DNA of 64,000 nt from NCBI GenBank assembly GCA_016196625.1, contig JACPXH010000013.1, positions 4,516 through 68,515 of the forward strand, in the 5' to 3' direction. Under the pieces are notes generated by a model. It worked only from the letters and a program-made list of their open reading frames with translations. It did no database searches and had not been told where the DNA came from. Position 1 is the first letter of the stretch; the number at the start of each line of letters is the position of its first letter. The position numbers and the translations under genes were made by a program. This stretch comes from Candidatus Parcubacteria bacterium. Its GTDB lineage: Bacteria > Patescibacteriota > Minisyncoccia > JACPXH01. Shown here piece by piece: positions 1 through 8,481 of this stretch.

Positions 1-1239
1 GAAGAAGATTCGAGCGCCTACAAGTCTTGGGAACAGAGCCCGCGCTACGATACGCGGGAAGTCGCGGAAAAGTTAGCCGAGCTTTCCAAGTCGCAACTGG
101 TGTTTGGTGCTTTGTCTCCCACTAGCACAGCGATGCTGCGAGCAAAGCGCGGGCGGGTTACCCTTACCGGACCGGATGCCGTCGCCGGGCGGTTGCTTAA
201 CCCCACGGTGGTTGACCTAAAGCTTGAACGGCGCGCGGGAAACGAGTCGCCCTTGAGTCGTAGTCTACAAGAGAGGGTCTCTCAAGCGCTGGCGGAGAAA
301 CGTCCGGTACTCCTGTTTATCAACCGGCGCGGCACCGCGCCCGTGGTGCTTTGTCGCGATTGCGGGGCGGTGATTGAATGTCCACGCTGCAGTGTTGCAA
401 TGGTGCAGCACCGTGGTGCGGTGCGTGCCACAAAGGCGGCGGTGAACGTGTTGGTCTGCCATCATTGCAATACCCGTTTAGCTGTCCCCGATGTGTGTCC
501 ACGGTGTCATGGTCATGAATTGCACGCTTTTGGCGCGGGGACAGAGCGGATTGAAGCCGAGGTAAAAAAGCTATGGCCGGCCGCGCGCGCTACTCGGCTT
601 GACACCGACGCTTCGCCCACGAGCCGCGAGGTGGGCGCGGTGATACAGAGCTGGCGCGCTGGCGACGTTGACATTCTGGTGGCGACGCAACTTGCCTTGG
701 CGCTGCGTTACCACATCTTCTCGCGGCCGCCGCTCCTTGGTATTGTAGCCTTGGATCCGCTGATGGCTTTTCCCGACTATCGGGTTGGCGAACGGCTGTG
801 GCAGCTGATTCGGGCGTTGGGGCTTGCCGCGTGCGAGGTGGTTGTCCAAACCTATGCGCCTGAGCAGCCCCTCCTTGAGGCTCTGAAAAGTTCTCCTGAA
901 GCCTTCTACGCGGCCGAGCTCGCCGAGAGACGAACCTTAGGCCTGCCGCCCTTTTCTGAACTCATCAAGCTTACGTTTCGGCACCGCGACAGCGCCAAGG
1001 CCGCGGCAGAAGCGGCGAATGGAGCACAGCAGTTAAGTGCGGTTATCGCCAAGGCCAAAGTTGAGGATCGGGTTCAGATCCTTGGTCCGGTGCCCGCTTT
1101 CATAGCCAAGGAGAAAGGGCAGTATGTCTGGAGTGTGTTGGTTCAGTCTCGGCTCACTTCGCTTAAGGCGCGCAATACCCTCTTGCGTTTCGTGCCGAGC
1201 AACTGGAACGTGGATGTGCATCCGGATTCTATTTTGTGA
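1..1239 (+). CDS. priA: Primosomal protein N' (PriA), 5'-truncated by window edge
   Basis: NRRG motif followed by four CxxC pairs (CRDC, CPRC, CHHC, CPRC); GTERIE, DILVATQ, VVVQTY, LPPF, LGP.PA; frame open from base 1. Confidence 0.95.
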   Translation, partial: EEDSSAYKSWEQSPRYDTREVAEKLAELSKSQLVFGALSPTSTAMLRAKRGRVTLTGPDAVAGRLLNPTVVDLKLERRAGNESPLSRSLQERVSQALAEKRPVLLFINRRGTAPVVLCRDCGAVIECPRCSVAMVQHRGAVRATKAAVNVLVCHHCNTRLAVPDVCPRCHGHELHAFGAGTERIEAEVKKLWPAARATRLDTDASPTSREVGAVIQSWRAGDVDILVATQLALALRYHIFSRPPLLGIVALDPLMAFPDYRVGERLWQLIRALGLAACEVVVQTYAPEQPLLEALKSSPEAFYAAELAERRTLGLPPFSELIKLTFRHRDSAKAAAEAANGAQQLSAVIAKAKVEDRVQILGPVPAFIAKEKGQYVWSVLVQSRLTSLKARNTLLRFVPSNWNVDVHPDSIL

Positions 1240-1435
1240 ACGAAACCCGGATACCAAAAAACGTTCAAGCCCCCAGCATCAAGAAACGTTCGATCTCGAA
1301 GGCTGAGGCACGGGGACTCTGTAAAGAAGCGCAGGAACTTAACCTCAATTTTCCAGCAATCGTGAGAAAGAAGAAATAATTGGGTTTTGACTGTTGTGAT
1401 TTTTTCGGAATTCTGGTTGCGACCTTGGTCATTTT

Positions 1436-1951
1436 ATGAAATCTCTCCCGCTCATCCCAAGAGATGACCCTACTCTCCACCAGCTCTCGCGTGAGGTGCC
1501 GGATCCGCGCGCGCCAGAAATCCATCAACTCATCCGCGACATGCAGCTTACCATGCGGGTCAAAGAGGGGGTGGGGCTGGCGGCCCCACAGGTGGGGCAA
1601 CCACTCAATATTTTCGTTATCGATCGTGAGTTCGTGGACGCCGACCGCAAGCGGCAATCGCGTTGGGCGCGGTGGTTCCCGAAGCAAGTTCCGGCCGTGT
1701 ACATCAACCCGGAACTAGTCCGGCGAAGCGGCGATGTCGTACTGCTCGAGGAGGGGTGTCTTTCAGTGCCTGGCGTGTTCGGCTTGGTGCCGCGCTGGGA
1801 GAAGGTTACGCTCAAAGCGCAAGATCAAAACGGCAGGCGGTTTCGCGTGCGTGCGAGCGGCCTTCTTGCCCACGTGCTCCAGCACGAGATGGATCATCTC
1901 GCGGGGCAACTGTTTACCGAAAAGGTGAAGAAGTATACTACCCGCAAGTAG
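1436..1951 (+). CDS. def: Peptide deformylase
   Basis: GVGLAAPQVG, EGCLS and QHEMDHL motifs. Confidence 0.97.
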   Translation: MKSLPLIPRDDPTLHQLSREVPDPRAPEIHQLIRDMQLTMRVKEGVGLAAPQVGQPLNIFVIDREFVDADRKRQSRWARWFPKQVPAVYINPELVRRSGDVVLLEEGCLSVPGVFGLVPRWEKVTLKAQDQNGRRFRVRASGLLAHVLQHEMDHLAGQLFTEKVKKYTTRK

Positions 1952-1985
1952 CCCCGTATCTTGTGGAAGTTTCGGAAATAGATTA

Positions 1986-2017
1986 AACTTTCTAATGTAT
2001 TAATACATTAGAAAGTT
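1986..2017. repeat. Perfect 32-bp palindrome, family A copy 1
   Basis: AACTTTCTAATGTATTAATACATTAGAAAGTT is its own reverse complement; ends just before the ATG at 2022. Confidence 0.95.
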
Positions 2018-2021
2018 GCTT

Positions 2022-2480
2022 ATGCCACAGATTTCTCGTGCCCGTCTCAGTAGACAGGTTGAGGAGGAGCTCGTTGAGACGTTTCTCGAGGGCATCGTCA
2101 TCGTTCAGGATAAAAGGTTAGCGAGGCAGGTGGCGGCAGATCTGTTTACCCCCACCGAGAAAATCATGCTGGCCAAGCGTCTTCTTATCGCCGTGCTCCT
2201 CGAAGAAGGATACGACTACCGTGCCATCGAGAAGTCGCTGAAGGTTACTCCCACCACGATTAATAGCATTCGGGCCATACTGGTTCGATCGGGTGCGGGG
2301 TTTCGGGCGCTGGCCGAATTGCTCAAAGGCGGTCGTGCCACACTGAAACGTAAGCAAGAACAAGAACGCCGGAGTGAGGAGGCCACAAATCGAATCGCGC
2401 ACTTTCTTGATATGCTTCGATTACCAGTGAAAGGATCCAAGCGCGACATGATTCGTTGGCGCAAGGCGATGACCAGATGA
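2022..2480 (+). CDS. TrpR/YerC-YecD-like helix-turn-helix protein
   Basis: DLFTPTEKIMLAKRLLIAVLLEEGYDYRAIEKSLKVTPTTI matches the TrpR-family pattern (LT..E...L..R..IA..L..G..YR.I...L.VS..TI). Confidence 0.8.
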   Translation: MPQISRARLSRQVEEELVETFLEGIVIVQDKRLARQVAADLFTPTEKIMLAKRLLIAVLLEEGYDYRAIEKSLKVTPTTINSIRAILVRSGAGFRALAELLKGGRATLKRKQEQERRSEEATNRIAHFLDMLRLPVKGSKRDMIRWRKAMTR

Positions 2481-2503
2481 TGAGGTGATTCTTAGTACAT
2501 ACC

Positions 2504-2529
2504 ATTCTAATGTATTAATACATTAGAAT
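2504..2529. repeat. Perfect 26-bp palindrome, family A copy 2
   Basis: ATTCTAATGTATTAATACATTAGAAT, 23 bp downstream of the TrpR-like stop codon. Confidence 0.95.
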
Positions 2530-2650
2530 AGTGGCGTGCAGCGGTCGATGGTCGCAGGAACTTGTTTTGGACCTTTCAGTTCTTCGAAATGGATTCGCGC
2601 CCGCCCAATGAGACGAAGTCTCGTCTTGGGCGGGCGCGGGGGGAACTCTC

Positions 2651-3034
2651 CTAACCTTGCACGGCCTCGGCATACTCGCGTTTGATTTGTTTGGCGGTGG
2701 GCCAAAGGAGCACCGCGAGTGAGACCACGGCAGCAACGGCGATGAACCTAATCCAGCCCCTCGGTCCCTCAACCAGCGCTGTGCCCACCAATGCGCCAGC
2801 GAGGACGGTATACATGCTGCCTACGAAGCACCCCACGAGTGTAGTATTCGCATCCGGACCTAGCTTACCGCAGGAGCCAATCGGTGCTGCTATAAGAGCC
2901 CAGACGGCCGATACTACCATCCCCGCGAGGAATGGGAAAATTTGACTACGCAACTCCCCGAGGAATATCCAGAAGAACACCAGGAGGTAGAGCCACAGAA
3001 GCATCCCAACAATAACACTCACCCTTCTCCCCAT
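2651..3034 (-). CDS. Hypothetical membrane protein (about 4 TM)
   Basis: Hydrophobic stretches; GAGGA Shine-Dalgarno upstream. Confidence 0.6.
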   Translation of the reverse strand: MGRRVSVIVGMLLWLYLLVFFWIFLGELRSQIFPFLAGMVVSAVWALIAAPIGSCGKLGPDANTTLVGCFVGSMYTVLAGALVGTALVEGPRGWIRFIAVAAVVSLAVLLWPTAKQIKREYAEAVQG

Positions 3035-3149
3035 TCGATGTCCTCCTCTGTTTGCTTCGGTTTCTAGCCGAACAGTTTCAGCCCGTGGCTTGTCCGTTCT
3101 TTCTGCGGTTTCTCAGGGCACAGATTCCATGTAGCATGTCTATGTAACT

Positions 3150-4154
3150 ATGTCAATAGCTAAATTTCTCTATTTCGGCACCCCGGAATTCAGTCGGATT
3201 GTGCTCGAAGAACTCTTGGAAAGCGGCTTTGCGCCGGTTGCGGTTGTTACCGCGCCGGATAAACCGGTTGGCAGAAAACAAGTTTTGACCGAATCGCCAG
3301 TGGCGGCGTTTGCGAAGCAGAACGGTGTTGAAGTTTTGAAGCCGGAGAAGATTAAGCCGCTGGAGTTCGTTGAAAAACTGAAATCGTATCAACCCGATCT
3401 CATGGTGGTGGCGGCCTACGGGAAAATTATCCCGCAGGCAATTTTGGACGTTCCCAAACACGGCGCGATAAATGTGCATCCATCTTTGCTACCCAAGTGG
3501 CGGGGTGCTTCCCCCATCCCCTATGCGATTTTGAACGGCGATCAGAAAACCGGCGTTACGATTATGCTAATGGATGCTGAAATGGATCACGGGGCGATTT
3601 TGGCGCAGGAAGAAGTTGTGCTGAAGGGCGATGAGATAACCGTGGCGCTTACTTCTCGTCTCGCGCGTATCGGCGGCCGGATGCTGACCGAGGTTATCCC
3701 GCGTTGGCTCGCGGGCAAAGTTACGCCGGTTGAACAAGATCATGCCGCGGCGACCTATACGAAAATACTTACTAAAGAAGACGGCCGGATTGATTGGTCA
3801 AAGTCAGCAGCTCAAATCGAGCGGCAAGTGCGCGCGTTTGACCCGTGGCCCGGGGCGTGGGCGGTGTGGGCCAGAGATGGTGAAGCGTCGGTTATCAAGC
3901 TTTTGGCAGCAAGCGCAGTTCCTCATTCTGAGCCGAGGGGGAAGAATCTCGAAGCGCGCCGAGATTCTTCGGCCGCTGCGCGGCCTCAGAATGACGGGGT
4001 GGTAGCGGTGCCCGGCACGGTTACGGCTGCGGGGGTCATCACTGGCGACGGATTACTAGAGCCGGTTACGGTTCAGCTCGCTGGTAAACGCCCGATGGAT
4101 TGGGCGGAGTTTCTTCGCGGGCATGGGGATTTCGTCGGAAGCATTTTGAAATAA
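3150..4154 (+). CDS. fmt: Methionyl-tRNA formyltransferase
   Basis: FGTPEF, VVTAPDKPVGRK, NVHPSLLPKWRGASPI, MDHG, RAFDPWPGA. Confidence 0.97.
   Translation: MSIAKFLYFGTPEFSRIVLEELLESGFAPVAVVTAPDKPVGRKQVLTESPVAAFAKQNGVEVLKPEKIKPLEFVEKLKSYQPDLMVVAAYGKIIPQAILDVPKHGAINVHPSLLPKWRGASPIPYAILNGDQKTGVTIMLMDAEMDHGAILAQEEVVLKGDEITVALTSRLARIGGRMLTEVIPRWLAGKVTPVEQDHAAATYTKILTKEDGRIDWSKSAAQIERQVRAFDPWPGAWAVWARDGEASVIKLLAASAVPHSEPRGKNLEARRDSSAAARPQNDGVVAVPGTVTAAGVITGDGLLEPVTVQLAGKRPMDWAEFLRGHGDFVGSILK
3923..3994. repeat. REP-like palindromic element inserted in frame in fmt
   Basis: TCATTCTGAG...GAAGAATCTC/GAGATTCTTC...CTCAGAATGA nested inverted repeats, 72 nt; similar to the intergenic element at 61003-61064. 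Confidence 0.8.
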
Positions 4155-4205
4155 AAAGATGCCCCCGGCCAATCGGCTTGGAGAAGCTCGGTGAACTTTT
4201 CGGCT

Positions 4206-4523
4206 CTATTGAGGCAAATTGAGTGCTTTCCTTATTCGTTCCATTTCTCGCGCCACAACTTCCGAATCATACTCCCCGCTATGCGCAGCCGACCCCTCGT
4301 ACGAGGGCTTTTTTTGGTCTAGATGGAGACGCAACCGGATCCCGCGGCCTTGACTCGAGCTTGTCGAGGGGCCTTCCGGCACCGCATAGATATGAAACCG
4401 CGGATATGGGTTCGGACCGGCCCGGCGAATGAAGCTTTGGCCGTCAGCCGGATGCGGTGCATAGCCACACTGGCGCATGAGGCTCAGGGTGTTTTCGGTT
4501 GGGTTGGTGATGACAATGTCCAT
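4206..4523 (-). CDS. Hypothetical protein
   Basis: YPRFHIY...LHLDQKKPSYEG..AHSGEYD; last gene of the minus-strand cluster. Confidence 0.7.
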   Translation of the reverse strand: MDIVITNPTENTLSLMRQCGYAPHPADGQSFIRRAGPNPYPRFHIYAVPEGPSTSSSQGRGIRLRLHLDQKKPSYEGSAAHSGEYDSEVVAREMERIRKALNLPQ

Positions 4524-4535
4524 GCCGGCAATTCG

Positions 4536-5201
4536 TCAACTCATCGCCTGACTGGTCGGTAAGCTCGATGTTGGCGGGAGCCGCCATCGGCCGAACAGGC
4601 GTTGCGAGATTTTGTAAATCGTATAGGTTATGAAAAAGGCGGCAAACACGTCAATTGAATAGTGGAGATGCATAAGCAGCACCGTAGCCCCCATGACAAA
4701 AGACGAAGCAAGAAAGAAGTACCGCACCCAGCGTTGGCGCATGACGAGAAATACCAGGAACGGAAAGCCGGTGTGGCCGGAGAAAAAAAGATCATTTTGT
4801 GCCGCCAAGGTTCGGAGTATTCGAAAGTAGTAGTCGGGCGGGCTTGCATCGGCTGGAGGTGCGAGGTGCGTGAGCGTTACAAAGAGCGCCCGCACGAATA
4901 CAAAGAGCGCAAAACTCATGAGGGCGAAGGGCAGGTTTTCCGGCTCCAAGAACGCAATCGCGACGATCGCCGCGAGCACCAGAAACAAGTATCCCCACAC
5001 GGCAAGCCACTCGAGGTTGACGAGCGGCAGGCGATCGAGCAGGAGATCCGGTACGGGAAAAGCGGCGGTGCGGTCGGCGTAGCGGCCGGTAACCGCCTGC
5101 AGCTTGAGGCTGCTTGCCACCGCCAACACGCTGGCTCCCGCAAACAGCATGAGCCAGCGGATTTTAAGAAGTTCTTTCCAGCGGTTGATGGTTTGGCGCA
5201 T
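4536..5201 (-). CDS. PAP2/sphingomyelin-synthase-like membrane phosphotransferase
   Basis: DLFFSGHT and HYSIDV catalytic motifs; about 6 TM. Confidence 0.85.
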   Translation of the reverse strand: MRQTINRWKELLKIRWLMLFAGASVLAVASSLKLQAVTGRYADRTAAFPVPDLLLDRLPLVNLEWLAVWGYLFLVLAAIVAIAFLEPENLPFALMSFALFVFVRALFVTLTHLAPPADASPPDYYFRILRTLAAQNDLFFSGHTGFPFLVFLVMRQRWVRYFFLASSFVMGATVLLMHLHYSIDVFAAFFITYTIYKISQRLFGRWRLPPTSSLPTSQAMS

Positions 5202-5263
5202 GGGCGGCGAATTATGAATAACTAATCATGAATACCAGGAGGCGTAGGGTCCCGATTCGCGAT

Positions 5264-6298
5264 TCATAATTCCTGATTCAGTAGCGATCCGTACATTTCC
5301 TTGAGTCGTGCCGCCACAGCTTCGAGACTATGATGCTGGACCATCTGTTTGGCGTTGGCCGCGAGCCGTGCGCGGAGTGTTGCATCTTCTACGAGGCGTT
5401 TTAGATGTATGGCAAAATCCGCTTCGTCTTTGGCTTTGAGACAATTCTCTTCATGTGTGAGCCAGTCTTTATAGACCGGAATGTCGCGCACGAGAATGGG
5501 TCGGCCCACCGCCGCAGCCTCCAAAATCACCATGCCCTGGTTTTCTTCGAGCGACGGGAATACAAAAATGTCGCCGGCCGCATAGAGGCGCTCGGCGCCT
5601 TCGACGTTTCCGGGAAACTGAATGTTCTGGGGCAGGTCTTGGGGCAGGTTCTGCGCGGCAATGCTCGATGAGTATACTTTGCCGAACCAGATGAATTGGT
5701 TTTTCGGAAATGCACGCGCGAGGTTGACGAAAGTGTTGATGCCCTTGCGGGGGATGACGAGACCGACGTTAAATACGACCAGGTCCTTAAGCCCAAACCG
5801 CTCGCGGATATTTCGGCGGTTTTCTTCGGAGTCTTTGAAGCGTTCCGTGTCAACGCCGTTCGTGATGACTTCAAGGCGCGCTCGGACCGGATATTTCTGC
5901 AAGAGTCCTTTTGTGTATTCGGATGGACAGAGGACCAAGTCCGCTTGGCTGTACGCCCAGCGCAGGTATCGCCGGATCAGCGGATAGAGGGGTTTATTTA
6001 TCCAAAACACGCCTTGCGCGTCTTCAGCCGTGGTGTGGGCGTAGACGATCACTTTTTTGCCTTGGCGCTTCATCTTGCGCATGAGCCACGCCGAGCGCAG
6101 CCACGGCGTATTGAACTGTACGATGTTGCAATCCGCCGGCAACCCTTCGTGCCATTCCGTTACCGAGATTCCCGCCCGCGCGAGCGCGGTCTTTTGATTT
6201 TTGTAGCTTGAAAGGAGTCCGGTGCCGACATTTTGATACAGCCGCCCTTTAGCCAGATGGTAGTACTCAAGGTAGATGCAGACGCTGGCAGGGGTCAT
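5264..6298 (-). CDS. GT4 glycosyltransferase (diglucosyl-DAG synthase/CpoA-like)
   Basis: AHTTAED, PRKG, FPSLEENQGMVILEAAA. Confidence 0.88.
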   Translation of the reverse strand: MTPASVCIYLEYYHLAKGRLYQNVGTGLLSSYKNQKTALARAGISVTEWHEGLPADCNIVQFNTPWLRSAWLMRKMKRQGKKVIVYAHTTAEDAQGVFWINKPLYPLIRRYLRWAYSQADLVLCPSEYTKGLLQKYPVRARLEVITNGVDTERFKDSEENRRNIRERFGLKDLVVFNVGLVIPRKGINTFVNLARAFPKNQFIWFGKVYSSSIAAQNLPQDLPQNIQFPGNVEGAERLYAAGDIFVFPSLEENQGMVILEAAAVGRPILVRDIPVYKDWLTHEENCLKAKDEADFAIHLKRLVEDATLRARLAANAKQMVQHHSLEAVAARLKEMYGSLLNQEL

Positions 6299-7434
6299 AT
6301 TAGAGCAGCATAAACTTTTTCGAGCGCTTCGGCTACGTGGTGCCGGTCGAAGCGTTGGGCGAGCTCTCTTGACCGTTCTCCGAAACGCCGGCAGCGATCT
6401 GGTTCGTTCAGCAATTCGCGTACCCCAGCCGCGAGCCCCTCGCGGTCCCCGGGTTCGGCAAGGTAGGCGTTTTCGCCTTCGACGACCTGCTCGGGCGTTC
6501 CCCCGCCCCGGGTGGCCACGATCGCAAGCCCCGCGGCCATGGCTTCCAAAAGCGCCATGGATTGGTTTTCCGAGTCGCTGGGACTTACGAATATATCCGA
6601 GGCCACAATGAGTTGAGTGAGTTCTTGGCCGTGGAGCATGCCGGGAAATTTAACTGCATTTTGAAGGCCGAGCCGTGCTGCGTGCTGTTTTAGGTGCTGG
6701 AGATTCGGGCCGTCTCCGGCAATGGTCAAGGTGATCTGGGGCGCGGCGCGGTAGATGCCGGCCATGGCGTCAAGCAGCACCTCAACGCGGTTTTCTGCCG
6801 CAATCCGGCCGTGATATAGAAGCGCTGGGCTGGAGAGGCCGAAGCGTTGCTTAAGGGCTTCTTTCGGAGCGCTGCCGATGAAACGGTCGGTGTCGAGCGG
6901 GTTTGAGATCCATTGTACTAGTTGGGTCAAGCCCCCGGCCTTGAGTTCGTCTGCGACTGCTTTGGAGGAAGCCAGCACCAACTGGCAGTGGCGGTAGTAG
7001 CGAGCGGTATAACGCAGCACCAGGCTTCTGGCGATAGGCACGGGCAGGAGCGGTAGGTACACGCGGAATTTTTCTGCGAGCGTGTGGTGCGTGCCCACGA
7101 GCGGTCGGCCAAGGTGCTTGGCCGCGGCCACCGCTTCCCAACCGACGCCAAAAGGTGTGTGCGTGTGGATGATGTCGGGCCGGCCTGAAAGAGATCGCCA
7201 GCGCCCAAAGGTTGGGATGACCAACCGATATTGCCTATAGTTGGGGAGTGTGAAAGAGGCGTACCTTAGGACGCGTATCCCGCGAAGGTCAGGTGACTCT
7301 CCCCCCGGAGCGCTCGGGGCATGGACTTCGATTTCGTGGCCGCGCTCGCGGAGAGTTTCCGCGAGCGTTACCAGCGACCGCACGACACCATTCACTTGCG
7401 GCCAGAACGTGTCGGAGTAGAAAGCGATTTTCAT
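6295..7434 (-). CDS. GT4 glycosyltransferase (1,2-diacylglycerol glucosyltransferase-like)
   Basis: MKIAFYSDTFWPQVNGV, IIHTHTPFGVG, SPSDSENQSMALLEAMA. Confidence 0.9.
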   Translation of the reverse strand: MKIAFYSDTFWPQVNGVVRSLVTLAETLRERGHEIEVHAPSAPGGESPDLRGIRVLRYASFTLPNYRQYRLVIPTFGRWRSLSGRPDIIHTHTPFGVGWEAVAAAKHLGRPLVGTHHTLAEKFRVYLPLLPVPIARSLVLRYTARYYRHCQLVLASSKAVADELKAGGLTQLVQWISNPLDTDRFIGSAPKEALKQRFGLSSPALLYHGRIAAENRVEVLLDAMAGIYRAAPQITLTIAGDGPNLQHLKQHAARLGLQNAVKFPGMLHGQELTQLIVASDIFVSPSDSENQSMALLEAMAAGLAIVATRGGGTPEQVVEGENAYLAEPGDREGLAAGVRELLNEPDRCRRFGERSRELAQRFDRHHVAEALEKVYAALI

Positions 7435-7530
7435 GATGGAGTAATCGGAGTAATCTCGAATATACAAATAATTACGAGATTGCGTTCACGATTCGATTCG
7501 TATATTTATGTCGTATTCGTATATTCGCGA

Positions 7531-8481
7531 TTACTCCCCTTCAATTCCTTTACTCTCAAAGGCAATTTTCTCGGGTTTCCCCACCGGCCTGGGCTCGTCT
7601 CTATTTGCCGGTAGAAATTCTGGCGGTTCCTCCAAGAACTCTTTGATAATGGCATAGAGCCTTCCGGCGTGGCGCGTTAAAAGCCAGTGCCCGCCCACGT
7701 CCAGACTCAGCAGTTTGGCCTTGGGCATGCGGTGGACCATTTCCTCGGCTTCGCGCTCGGTTACCAGTGGATCATGGAGCGATCGGATTATGAGCGTGGG
7801 TTGCGCAATGGCCGAGAGGCTCTCGCCCAAATCGAGCTCTCCCATGGTGGCCAGACACCGCAAATTAACCGCCAAAGGCATGCTGGTAAGCCCTTGATAG
7901 ACCGACGGCCAGTAGCCGCCTACCGTTCGTAGGTCAGCAAAGTTGTACGTGCGCCGTTTATACCAACCAACAAGCCACGACAGAAAATGGACGCCCGCTT
8001 TTGCCGGCCGCGAGAGAAAACCGATGCGCCAGTAGAAAAACGGATTTTTGTGGTTGGCCGAGATGAGGATGAGTTTTTTAAGCCGTGTCGGTGCCCTGAG
8101 CGCGGTTTGCAGCGCGATTGCTCCCCCGGCCGAATAGCCAAGCACAGCGGCCCCTGAAACGTTGAGGCGCTCGAGAATTTCCAGGAAGTCGGCCGTGAAT
8201 AGCGCGAAGCTGTATTTGCGCCAGGCCAGGGGTTTGGCTGAAAGGCCGTGGCCGCGCAGGTCAAAAACAAGGGTCCCCCAGCCATGCTCTTCCAGAGATT
8301 CAAGCACCGGCAGCCACGAGGTGTGGTTGCCCGTATAGCCGTGGATCGCGACCACCATGGGGCGAAGGGGCTCGGCTACTTCGGGGTTGCTTCTTTGGGC
8401 CGGCCGGCAGAGACGATAGAAAATTTTGGTCCCGTCGGCGAGCGTCAGGAAGTCGAGCCGTGGTTTTTCTGCGACAGCCAT
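7531..8481 (-). CDS. Alpha/beta hydrolase (lipase/esterase-like)
   Basis: IHGY oxyanion motif, DLRGHGLS, GYSAG nucleophile elbow, D and GGH. Confidence 0.9.
   Translation of the reverse strand: MAVAEKPRLDFLTLADGTKIFYRLCRPAQRSNPEVAEPLRPMVVAIHGYTGNHTSWLPVLESLEEHGWGTLVFDLRGHGLSAKPLAWRKYSFALFTADFLEILERLNVSGAAVLGYSAGGAIALQTALRAPTRLKKLILISANHKNPFFYWRIGFLSRPAKAGVHFLSWLVGWYKRRTYNFADLRTVGGYWPSVYQGLTSMPLAVNLRCLATMGELDLGESLSAIAQPTLIIRSLHDPLVTEREAEEMVHRMPKAKLLSLDVGGHWLLTRHAGRLYAIIKEFLEEPPEFLPANRDEPRPVGKPEKIAFESKGIEGE

Noticed and set aside
1986-2017. Palindromes A and B as intrinsic terminators or dif sites
   Set aside because: They are AT-rich, loopless and lack U-tails, and they occur upstream of genes. 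They are fully symmetric and multi-copy, unlike the asymmetric XerC/XerD dif site.
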